DNA from: Minisyncoccota bacterium
GTDB lineage: Bacteria > Patescibacteriota > Minisyncoccia > Moranbacterales > UBA2206
DNA: 64,000 nucleotides
Direction of reading: 5' to 3'
Assembly: GCA_031291955.1 (NCBI GenBank)
Contig: JARLIA010000015.1
Coordinates: forward strand, 54,204-118,203
The notes below the pieces were generated by a model, which saw nothing but the letters and a program-made list of their open reading frames with translations, was not told the DNA's origin and did no database searches. Each line of letters opens with the position of its first letter. Positions within the stretch are counted from its first letter, which is position 1. Positions 9,951 through 18,307 of this stretch are shown here, piece by piece. A program made the translations under genes and the position numbers.

Positions 9951-10880
9951 TTATTTTTCCAGTTCCGCGGTCAACGGCGGGATAATTTGTTTTTTTCTGG
10001 AAACTACCCCTTCCAAAAACATAATTCCATCCGCCATTTTTCCCTTGAAAACTTTTTCGGCCAGTTTCTTTTCTTCTTCGCCAATCATATACAAGTAGCT
10101 GTTTTGCTTTATGATATCAGCTACCATAAAAAATACATAATCCAACCTATCGACTTCTTTTTTTATTTCAAGCACTTTGGCAATTTCCACCTTTTTTTCA
10201 TTGACGGTTTCCGGATTTGTCGTTTCCCAGGTTCCCACTCCGACTTTTTTTCCGCCCATTTCAAAATTTTTATAATCGAGAGTGGTAATGTCTTCAATGG
10301 AAATTCCTTCCAAACTCGATTTGGCCACAAACATTTCATCCGCAAATGAGAAGACATCGATTTTCGCGATTTCGTTAAGCTTTTCGCTTATTTCTGCATC
10401 CTCATGAGTCGCAGTCGGACTGGTCAAATTCAACGTATCCGACAAAATTCCCGCCAAAAGAAGCTTGGCGGTTTTTGCGGAAAATTCCCCGCCCTTTTCC
10501 AGAAACATTTTCGCGATTAAGGAAGCAGTCGAACCGATCGGCTCCGTCCGCAAAAAAATCGGCCTTTCGGTCTGAAGGGAAATTTTGTGATGATCGAAAA
10601 TATATTCGACCTTAGAATAATCCACCCCTTCAGCAACTTGGCTCACTTCATTATGATCAACCAAAGAAATGGCTTCGTCCTCGCTGGCAGATTCGAGATA
10701 CGGCGGAACTTCCACGCCGATATGCTCCAAAACAAATTTCGTTTCGTTATTAATTTCTCCAGCCCGATACGCTTCGGCGTCAAGACCTAAGACTTTCCTT
10801 AAATATTCCGCCGCCCCAAGCGCCGAGACAATCGAATCGGTGTCGGGATTTTTATGCCCGATGACAATTATTTTACTCAT
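9951..10880 (-). CDS. ppaC: Manganese-dependent inorganic pyrophosphatase (family II, DHH-DHHA2).
   Basis: MSKIIVIGHKNPDTDSIVSA...DHNE...DHH...SDT...VSRKKQIIPPL. Collinear with Bacillus/Streptococcus PpaC. Confidence 0.8.
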   Translation of the reverse strand: MSKIIVIGHKNPDTDSIVSALGAAEYLRKVLGLDAEAYRAGEINNETKFVLEHIGVEVPPYLESASEDEAISLVDHNEVSQVAEGVDYSKVEYIFDHHKISLQTERPIFLRTEPIGSTASLIAKMFLEKGGEFSAKTAKLLLAGILSDTLNLTSPTATHEDAEISEKLNEIAKIDVFSFADEMFVAKSSLEGISIEDITTLDYKNFEMGGKKVGVGTWETTNPETVNEKKVEIAKVLEIKKEVDRLDYVFFMVADIIKQNSYLYMIGEEEKKLAEKVFKGKMADGIMFLEGVVSRKKQIIPPLTAELEK

Positions 10881-10909
10881 AATTGCTTTTATCTGAACAA
10901 TTTAACAAT

Positions 10910-12223
10910 TTAAACATTTTCTTCCGCAGATTCTTTGGGACTTTCTACTTCAGCAGAAATTTCTTCAGAGACGGACTCTTCTTTTTCGATATTTTTTTCT
11001 TCCCCTTTATTCTCAGCCCCGTTTATGTCAATTTTCCATCCGGTGAGTTTTGCCGCCAATCTCACGTTCTGGCCGCGCTTGCCAATAGCCAGGGACAACT
11101 GGTCTTCCGGCACTATCGCCACCGCTTCTTTGGTCGCTTCATTGACATCCACCCGCAAGACTTTAGCCGGAGAAAGAGAAGCTGATATAAACTTAGAAGT
11201 ATCGTCGTTCCATTGGATAATATCGATCTTTTCTCCACCCAATTCGTCGATCACCGCTTGCACGCGGGTGCCTTTTTGCCCAACGCAAGAACCGATCGGG
11301 TCCACGCCTTCCTCGGTCGAAGACACGGCAATTTTGGTCCGCTCCCCGGCTTCCCGCGCGATTGATTTAATCTCTACTGTTCCGGCGAAAATTTCCGGCA
11401 CCTCAAGCTCGAACATCTTTTTGATCATTTCCGGATGGATTCGGGAAAGAGTGATGCCAGGCCCCTTGGTGCCGGCATCCACTTTCAAAAGATAAACTTT
11501 GAGTCTTTGTCCGACCCGGTATGACTCGCGCTCAACTTGCTCGCTCGGAAACAGCACGCCGATGGATTTGCCCAAATCGATGAAAACGTTCCGTCCCTCG
11601 ATCCTTTGCACGGTCCCATTGATGACTTCGCCTTCCCGGTTTTTGTATTCGTCGTACATTGAATCACGTTCCGCTTCCCGAATCCTTTGGATGATCACCT
11701 GCTTGGCAGTTTGAGCCGCCACCCGACCATATTCGCTTTTTTGCTCCAGTTCCATTTCAATAATATCGCCAATTTGGGCATCTTTTTTGATTTCCAGCGC
11801 ATCCTCCAAAGTCAGGTCGCGCTCTGGATTATACCGCTGCAGCTTCTCTCCCTCGGATTCTTCGGGGACATTCCCCTTATTCTGTTCCGACTCGGTTTTA
11901 TTTTCTTCTTGCTTCTTGCCTCTTTCTTCTTGCTTTTCTTCTTCCGTTTCTTCTTCCACAAATTCACGCGTCGTCTCATCCACCACTTCCTTGACCAGAT
12001 AGAATTTGGTGCCACCCGCAACCTCATCGAATTCGGCCCGGATATTCTGACCGCGCTTGCCATAGTCCTTCTTGTAAGCCGCCGCCAAAGCTGCCTCGAC
12101 TGTCTCGATCACCCTATCTTTAGAAATTCCCTTTTCTTCACAAATCTGCGTGATGGCCGATCCGAAATCTCCCATCCGCGCCGCCGCCACGTCTTCGTCC
12201 GTTTGCATTTTTTTTCTTGGCAT
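10910..12223 (-). CDS. nusA: Transcription termination/antitermination factor NusA.
   Basis: NusA N-terminal domain, S1 (GEVINGTVQRIEGRNVFIDLG) and two KH domains (AIGKRGQNVRLAAKLTGWKIDI). Contains an acidic low-complexity insert and a C-terminal Glu/Lys tail. Confidence 0.88.
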   Translation of the reverse strand: MPRKKMQTDEDVAAARMGDFGSAITQICEEKGISKDRVIETVEAALAAAYKKDYGKRGQNIRAEFDEVAGGTKFYLVKEVVDETTREFVEEETEEEKQEERGKKQEENKTESEQNKGNVPEESEGEKLQRYNPERDLTLEDALEIKKDAQIGDIIEMELEQKSEYGRVAAQTAKQVIIQRIREAERDSMYDEYKNREGEVINGTVQRIEGRNVFIDLGKSIGVLFPSEQVERESYRVGQRLKVYLLKVDAGTKGPGITLSRIHPEMIKKMFELEVPEIFAGTVEIKSIAREAGERTKIAVSSTEEGVDPIGSCVGQKGTRVQAVIDELGGEKIDIIQWNDDTSKFISASLSPAKVLRVDVNEATKEAVAIVPEDQLSLAIGKRGQNVRLAAKLTGWKIDINGAENKGEEKNIEKEESVSEEISAEVESPKESAEENV

Positions 12224-12362
12224 AATATTATGATTAGATTTATTGTTTAAATACGATTAAATTCCTTTAAAAAAAGTTCGCTTACGCGAACTTCATCTCT
12301 CAACTCTCTTATGTGTTAATACTACCAGCTAAGGCGTTTTCTGTCAAATTGCTTTCAAAATA

Positions 12363-13322
12363 TCAGTTCAATACTTTCTCCACCTTCACGTTGATCACTC
12401 CCGAGCCAATGTCGCCGATTTTGGAAAAAGCCACTTTGTCCAAATCAATGATGCGGCCGGAGCCATAGGGTCCGGAATCGTTGATTTGGACGATGATGGA
12501 TTTTCCGTTTTGCGCGTTGGTGACACGAGCATAGCCGCCGCGCGGGATAGTGAGACTGGCCGCAAACATTCCGCCCATATAAGAATACCAAGTCCCCTGG
12601 CCAGATTGGGAACTGCCGACTTTGACGTAAGTACCCTTGGTTTGGACTTGGGTCACCGGTTCTTTCACAATCGAACTGGAAAGAGCCACTTTTGAGATGA
12701 CTTTCCCGTTTTTATAGGTGACTTGATATTTCACTTCCTTAGTACCTTTTATGCCAGGCGTGGTAATGTCAACCTCTCGCCAGCCCAGCTTCGGGTCAGT
12801 TTGGTTGATTGTTTGAAATGGAATGTCTTTGTCTTCGGTTACGTTTTCTATATTTATCCGCGTAACTGTGATGGTTGCATCATCTCCGATCGGCGCGTCC
12901 AGATCCGGGTCGGTTTTATCGAGACGAAACAAAGTAACATTATTCTCAGCCAGTGCCTGACTGACTGTTTGACCGAGTGTCCAATTGGCAATTGTCTTGC
13001 CATCCACCAGAATTTTTATTTCTTTGGCCCGTCGAATATCGATATTCATATCCGGCAGAAGAGACGAATTTTTATCCGGAATAAGCTGGTCATGTTCGCC
13101 AAGCGTGAGATTTTTTTCTTTCAAAAAATCCCCTACAGTGTCGACCTGGCTAGTGGTTGAATAAATGAGACCATTGTCGTTTACGGCAATGGATTTGGAA
13201 GCATTCTCGAAACTCAAAGCAGGAGAAGGAGAATTGAAAAAGGCAAAGGCCTTATAGGCGATTAATGCCAACATGGTCGTAATAATGATTTTCGAATATT
13301 TATTTGAAATCATAATCCGCAA
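12363..13322 (-). CDS. Secreted G5-domain protein with a C-terminal RlpA-like double-psi beta-barrel (putative peptidoglycan-binding/lytic, YabE/Rpf-like architecture).
   Basis: N-terminal TM/signal region, DUF348-like segment and G5 region (VTQVQTKGT). The C-terminus GTWYSY...GGYARVTNAQNGKSIIVQINDSGPYGSGRIIDLDKVAF is a DPBB/RlpA-like fold. Confidence 0.55.
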   Translation of the reverse strand: MRIMISNKYSKIIITTMLALIAYKAFAFFNSPSPALSFENASKSIAVNDNGLIYSTTSQVDTVGDFLKEKNLTLGEHDQLIPDKNSSLLPDMNIDIRRAKEIKILVDGKTIANWTLGQTVSQALAENNVTLFRLDKTDPDLDAPIGDDATITVTRINIENVTEDKDIPFQTINQTDPKLGWREVDITTPGIKGTKEVKYQVTYKNGKVISKVALSSSIVKEPVTQVQTKGTYVKVGSSQSGQGTWYSYMGGMFAASLTIPRGGYARVTNAQNGKSIIVQINDSGPYGSGRIIDLDKVAFSKIGDIGSGVINVKVEKVLN

Positions 13323-13423
13323 TAATTTTAAATTTCCAATTTTGAATTTTGAATCAATTTTGAATGACAGAATGTTTTAAACATTCAAAATTAAGGCATT
13401 ATTTAAAAATTATAAATTCAGTT

Positions 13424-14956
13424 TCATTCAGTCTTAAACCGGTACTGGATCGCTTCGGCGATATGCGTGGACTGGATATTTTCCATTCCGGCCAGATCAG
13501 CGATGGTGCGGGCAACTTTTATTATACGATAATAAGCCCGGGCACTCAAATGCAAACTAGTAACGGCGCTTCTCATCAATTGGACGCAAGCGGCGTCGAG
13601 AGCGCAGAAATTCTTAATCTGCTCGCTTTCCATTTCGCTATTGGTGATCATCCGACCCCCGAAAAACCTTTCCTTTTGAATATCCCGGGCTTTTTCCACC
13701 CGTTCTCGGATTTTTTTTGAAGATTCGCCGGACGTGCCGCCGGCCAATTTTTCGAATTTTAAACGTGGCACTTCGACGTGAAGATCAATGCGATCCAGAA
13801 TCGGCCCGGAAATTTTGCGTTGATATTTGATGATTGAAGCCGGCGAGCAGGAACAGGCCTTCTCGGGATCAGTAGCATTGCCGCAAGGACAAGGATTCAT
13901 AGCGGCAACCAGGGTAAAACGAGCCGGAAATTCCAATGTACCCTGGGCGCGAGAAACAGTAATCATCCCATTTTCAAGCGGCTGCCTCAAATTTTCAAGC
14001 ACTGAACGCTGGAATTCCGGAAACTCATCCAGAAACAATATCCCGCGATGGCTCATGCTGATCTCTCCTGGCCGGGGAAAAGTTCCGCCGCCGACCAGCG
14101 ACACGGCGCTAGCACTGTGATGCGGAGCGCGAAATTGTCGTTGCGTAATCAGTGAAGTTTCTCTCGGTAATTGGCCGGCAATGGAAAAAATCTTGGTTAC
14201 CTCCAAGGCCTCCGGGACGGTCAGGCGCGGCAAAATAGAAACCATTGTTTTGGCGAGCAGAGTTTTCCCTGAACCGGGCGGCCCATTGAGAATGGCGTTG
14301 TGCCCGCCGGCGGCCGCGATTTCCAAAGCGCGTTTAGCGTGTTCTTGACTTTTAATATGGGCCATGTCGACTACGTGCTCTTGGTCGGAAAAAAGCTCCA
14401 CCAAGTTTATTTTCGGCGCCGGCGCTATTTTTTCTCCGCCCAAATCCAGAAGGTGTTCCAGGAGTTCTTGTAAGGTTCTCACGGGAAAAATATCTAAGCC
14501 ATCGATAACTGCGGCTTCGTTGGCATTTTCGGCCGGAACATAAAGCTCCCGGATGTTTTTTTCCTTGGCCAGAATGGCCATCGGCAAAACGCCGCGCACC
14601 GGCCGGATTTTCCCATCCAGAGACAGTTCACCCAAAAACAAACGGTTTTGAAAATCAAAATAAACCTGCTTGGTAGCGAGAAGAAAGCCGAGCGCCATCG
14701 GCAGATCATAGATCGGCCCTTCTTTTTTGAGATCGGCCGGCGCGAGATTGATCGTAACCCGGCCGGCCCGGTGGGGCGGCCTGAAACCGGAATTGCGGAT
14801 AGCCGCGCCGACCCGGTCTTTGGATTCCTTGACAGCCGCGTCTGGCAGACCCACGATATTGAAATGATGAAGACCGGCCGCCACGGTGTCGACTTCGACT
14901 TCGACTAGTTCGCTTTTCAGCCCGACAGTGGCGGCGGAGAAAACTTTGGAAGACAT
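13424..14956 (-). CDS. comM: YifB/ComM family Mg-chelatase-like AAA+ ATPase.
   Basis: Lon-like N-domain, Walker A (GPPGSGKT), Walker B and sensor motifs, and the ChlI C-terminal domain. 510 aa. Confidence 0.88.
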   Translation of the reverse strand: MSSKVFSAATVGLKSELVEVEVDTVAAGLHHFNIVGLPDAAVKESKDRVGAAIRNSGFRPPHRAGRVTINLAPADLKKEGPIYDLPMALGFLLATKQVYFDFQNRLFLGELSLDGKIRPVRGVLPMAILAKEKNIRELYVPAENANEAAVIDGLDIFPVRTLQELLEHLLDLGGEKIAPAPKINLVELFSDQEHVVDMAHIKSQEHAKRALEIAAAGGHNAILNGPPGSGKTLLAKTMVSILPRLTVPEALEVTKIFSIAGQLPRETSLITQRQFRAPHHSASAVSLVGGGTFPRPGEISMSHRGILFLDEFPEFQRSVLENLRQPLENGMITVSRAQGTLEFPARFTLVAAMNPCPCGNATDPEKACSCSPASIIKYQRKISGPILDRIDLHVEVPRLKFEKLAGGTSGESSKKIRERVEKARDIQKERFFGGRMITNSEMESEQIKNFCALDAACVQLMRSAVTSLHLSARAYYRIIKVARTIADLAGMENIQSTHIAEAIQYRFKTE

Positions 14957-15036
14957 AGATTCATGTTAGCATGTTAGCACTTTAACATTTTAACAAAAAC
15001 AAAACGAAGTTATTAAAATGTTGACATGTTAATATG

Positions 15037-15507
15037 CTAAAATTCTTTCACAATTTTCCAAATAATTAGCGCTCCTCCTATTGTGATATAAACATCGGCC
15101 AGATTAAAGACCGGCCAGACGCGCAAATTGATGTAGTCGATAACGCAACCAAAGAATATTCTATCAACAATATTGGAAATAGCGCCTGATAGGACAAGCA
15201 AAATTCCAAATCTCAATTTTTTAAGCCAGCACTGGCTTTGGATTTTATGTTTTGATATTGGAATTTGTTTCTTATTTGATGCTTGTGATTTGTGATTTCC
15301 GGCCGTGATGATAAAAGCAGCTATTCCAAAAATCACGACAGCCAAGATAAAATATGAAAGTTTAATCCCAAATGCCAGGCCGGCGTTGCAAATATAAAAT
15401 CCGCCCCTGGAGCGGATTTCGTATTTCATGAATTGATCCAGTAAGATAAGAAAAAATCCGGATACAACAAAAAAATATCGGGCTATTTTTTTTCGTAATT
15501 CATACAT
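15037..15507 (-). CDS. lspA: Lipoprotein signal peptidase II.
   Basis: FYICNAGLAFGI and NLADVYITIGGALII are LspA boxes. The ORF track extends upstream to 15636 through non-LspA sequence; I prefer the ATG at 15507 (MYELRKK). Confidence 0.75.
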   Translation of the reverse strand: MYELRKKIARYFFVVSGFFLILLDQFMKYEIRSRGGFYICNAGLAFGIKLSYFILAVVIFGIAAFIITAGNHKSQASNKKQIPISKHKIQSQCWLKKLRFGILLVLSGAISNIVDRIFFGCVIDYINLRVWPVFNLADVYITIGGALIIWKIVKEF

Positions 15508-15523
15508 TCGCAATTTGTGAAGA

Positions 15524-15880
15524 TTATTTGCAATTAATGCATGTTCTGGCTGATGGATTGGCGCGGAGGCGCTCCACCGGAATCTCACCTGCGCAGTTGG
15601 CGCACTTGCCATAGGTGCCGTTCTCCATGCGCTCAAGCGCGTCCAAAACCTCCTGAAGCTTCTTCTCCAGAGTGTTTTCTACGGAAAGATCCTGAGTGTA
15701 CTGATCCACTTCCGTAGCGTTGTCGTCCTTGTCGGTGCCGAGTTCGGAAAAAGTTGTTTCATAATCTCCTTCTTCCTTATCAACTGGACGTGCGATACGG
15801 CCAAGGTTTTTTTCCAGATCCTTCTTTTCCGCGATAAGCGCGTCTTTCAATTCATCTAAAGTTTTTTTATCCATTGCCAT
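15524..15880 (-). CDS. DksA/TraR family C4-type zinc-finger protein.
   Basis: Coiled-coil followed by CANCAGEIPVERLRANPSARTCINC, the four-Cys DksA/TraR finger. Start taken at MAMDKK (15880). Confidence 0.7.
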   Translation of the reverse strand: MAMDKKTLDELKDALIAEKKDLEKNLGRIARPVDKEEGDYETTFSELGTDKDDNATEVDQYTQDLSVENTLEKKLQEVLDALERMENGTYGKCANCAGEIPVERLRANPSARTCINCK

Positions 15881-15997
15881 ACTTTTTTGTAATTCAAAAA
15901 GCAATCCGGTGGGTTTGCTTGCGAACTTTTTAAAACTGCTAAATAACGGATTAATGTACTACAATTCTAGCAAATAAAACATTCAATGTCTAGCGAG

Positions 15998-16381
15998 TCA
16001 TAAGCTCTCAATATGTTTTATCCGGGTGATATTCTTCTCCAGATTAAGCCAAACAGAAATAGCATCGAAACGATAAGGCAAATCTTCGAGTTTTTTTAGC
16101 CGAATATAAGTTTGGGCGATTTTTTCCAGACGGCGCAGTTTCGGATAAGTGATATTTTCTTCCGGCAGAGTGTCCCCGTATCCAGCCATTTCCCGTGTCT
16201 TTACTTCTACGAAAACCAGCTCATTTTCTTTCCTGCCTCTGGCGACAATGTCAATTTCTCCCAACCGGCGTCCGGAATTATTTTGAAAATTACGGTCAAG
16301 AATGACATAGTCTTTTTCTTTCAAATATTTGACAGCCGCTTCTTCGCCGAGGTTGCCGATGGTTTTTCGGGCAATATTCAT
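15998..16381 (-). CDS. yraN: YraN family (UPF0102) endonuclease.
   Basis: GEEAAVKYLKEKDYVILDRNFQ...GEIDIVARG...LVFVEVKTR is the YraN/UPF0102 signature. 127 aa. Confidence 0.8.
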   Translation of the reverse strand: MNIARKTIGNLGEEAAVKYLKEKDYVILDRNFQNNSGRRLGEIDIVARGRKENELVFVEVKTREMAGYGDTLPEENITYPKLRRLEKIAQTYIRLKKLEDLPYRFDAISVWLNLEKNITRIKHIESL

Positions 16382-16868
16382 GGTTTAAGTATAACATGTT
16401 TTACGAAATACTAAATTAACGAAATAAAAAATATTCTTCCCGCTTTCTTTTTCGTACTTTCGCCAATTTCGTAGTTCTTAAATAACAAAAAACAGCCTCC
16501 ACGGCGTTTCTCAAAAAGTGATTTTTGGATGAAATCCGTGGGCGTCGAAGCCCGAAATAAAAATTATAGGCTGACGCCCACAGATGTTTGTCGTACTAAC
16601 ACGTGAACCGTGAATTTTATAGCCCGGGTGAGAGGCATATTCGAAATTACTTGGTCGCGTGTATTTTATGTGCGACTTTGTTGTGACGACTTATTCTGAC
16701 TTTATTCTAAGTGTCTTTTCTTCTACCGTCCTCTGGCATTACGCCTTTTGTTTTATAAAGAACTAACTTTTTATTTTTTATTTTTGTTTAAAAAGTTTTT
16801 TTATTTTTGTTTTGGGGTCCTCTGGCCAGATCAGAGGCGGCTATCGCGCGTTGGCGATAACACTTGGA

Positions 16869-16927
16869 CAGCAGAATAGTTTTCAATCGCAAATAGGGGG
16901 AAATTGCGATTGAAAACTATTCTGCCG
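16869..16927. repeat. Perfect 22-bp-stem hairpin (gcagaatagttttcaatcgcaa / ttgcgattgaaaactattctgc) with an 11-nt loop atagggggaaa. It lies inside a 770-bp noncoding region.
   Basis: Read directly from the sequence: arms at 16871-16892 and 16904-16925 are exact reverse complements. Two shorter hairpins lie immediately upstream (16815-16860). Confidence 0.6.
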
Positions 16928-17186
16928 TGTGGATTTAATTTTTAATGTTCTCACACGGTCTTTACTACTCTCCCATTATAACAAGAAAATAGGTGAAAGT
17001 CAATGCGGAATAATAAAATCAGCTTGTTTACTCGATAAATTTGATTGCGGTATCTTTTTAGTAGGGTTAGCCGCTTTCGGGTCAAATAAGAAACAAATTC
17101 ACTTCTTTCGTTCCAAATTGGAAAATGGTCGATTTTTTCTACAAGTTATCCACAGGTTATACAGAATTGTCTCGATTAGCTGTATT

Positions 17187-18236
17187 TTATTGGGAATTAG
17201 CGGCATTGTTACCAGCAGTTGGAGCAGTTTGACTATTCAACAGGTCAACAGTGGAGCGTAAAGTCAGTTCTGTTGTGCCGATAAGCCACTGATTCTGATA
17301 AATAGTATAGTCGACCGACAAGTTATCTGGAGAAATGATATTATTGTATCGGATCGGAATTCCGTTATAAGTGCTGCTTCCGAAAGACCTATTGTTTAAA
17401 GTATACGAAGAAGCCAGAAAAAGCGGCTCGATATCTTTAGGCAAATTTGATTCTTCCTGGATCAAAGCGGCCGCCAATTGAGCGTCATTTTTTTCGGCAG
17501 TAGCCAATCCAATTCGCGTCTTGCCAGCATCGTTGTACATATAAAGGGTAAAACCGGGACCCAGTTGGGCTGTAAGACTTTGCGGCAAAGTTAGTCCGAC
17601 AGCTTGCGCAAAGTCTTGGAATGAAATCGGGTTGTTCTGCGCGTCGGTCACGATAAAGGCAACCGGAGTTACGGTTTTTGTTTGGGTAACTTTACCAGCA
17701 TAATCCGCCAAGGTTTTTTTAATGGCGGAAGCATCCGGATTTTTAGTATCGATGCTCAAATAGTTGGGCTTATCAGTAGCAATGGCCGGCAAAGTCGCCG
17801 CGCCTGCGGAAGCTTCTTGATTTTGGCTCGCGGATTTTTTTGCAGACCAGGAAGGCGCCACCCGAGTTTTCCAAAAATAATATCCGCCTCCCACTGCCAA
17901 AGAAACAATGAGAACGATAACGATAACGGGGAAAATATGCTTGGATCCGGGGTTTTTTATTAAAATTTTATTTTCTATAGGCTCACTGGCTTTTTTAGCT
18001 ACACTAATTTTATTATTACTTGGAGCCTCAGTTAAAAAAGGACTGCTAGTTTTTATTTGGGGAGAGACTCGTTCAGTATTTTTGGTTTGTACGGGCTGGC
18101 TTACTACCGCAGGATTTTTTACGGCATACGCGCCAAGCGGGTTTGCCAGATCCTTTTTCATGGTATGAATGGAAAGTTTATCAATGGAAGGCACCGGTTT
18201 TTGCGGTTCAGAATTGGTTGGTTTTTTTTCAAACAT
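17187..18236 (-). CDS. Hypothetical membrane-anchored extracellular protein.
   Basis: 349 aa. N-terminal cytoplasmic stretch, one TM helix (IFPVIVIVLIVSLAVGGGYYFW), then an extracellular domain rich in A/S/T/Q. No recognisable family. Confidence 0.5.
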   Translation of the reverse strand: MFEKKPTNSEPQKPVPSIDKLSIHTMKKDLANPLGAYAVKNPAVVSQPVQTKNTERVSPQIKTSSPFLTEAPSNNKISVAKKASEPIENKILIKNPGSKHIFPVIVIVLIVSLAVGGGYYFWKTRVAPSWSAKKSASQNQEASAGAATLPAIATDKPNYLSIDTKNPDASAIKKTLADYAGKVTQTKTVTPVAFIVTDAQNNPISFQDFAQAVGLTLPQSLTAQLGPGFTLYMYNDAGKTRIGLATAEKNDAQLAAALIQEESNLPKDIEPLFLASSYTLNNRSFGSSTYNGIPIRYNNIISPDNLSVDYTIYQNQWLIGTTELTLRSTVDLLNSQTAPTAGNNAANSQ

Positions 18237-18307
18237 TTTTTTATATTAAAAATAGAAGCATCTTGTCGATGCTTCTATTTTACAACATATTTTCTTTTTT
18301 GGCTAGA

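Noticed and set aside
15508-15636. N-terminal 43 codons of ORF 15037..15636 as part of lspA.
   Set aside because: That segment is Ala/Arg-rich, overlaps the DksA/TraR gene in another frame and is not LspA-like. The internal ATG at 15507 begins the conserved membrane core.
16929-17261. ORF 16929..17261 (+, 110 aa) in the long noncoding gap.
   Set aside because: It has no start-proximal SD, a low-complexity composition, and overlaps the 3' end of the minus-strand gene 17187..18236. More likely noncoding.
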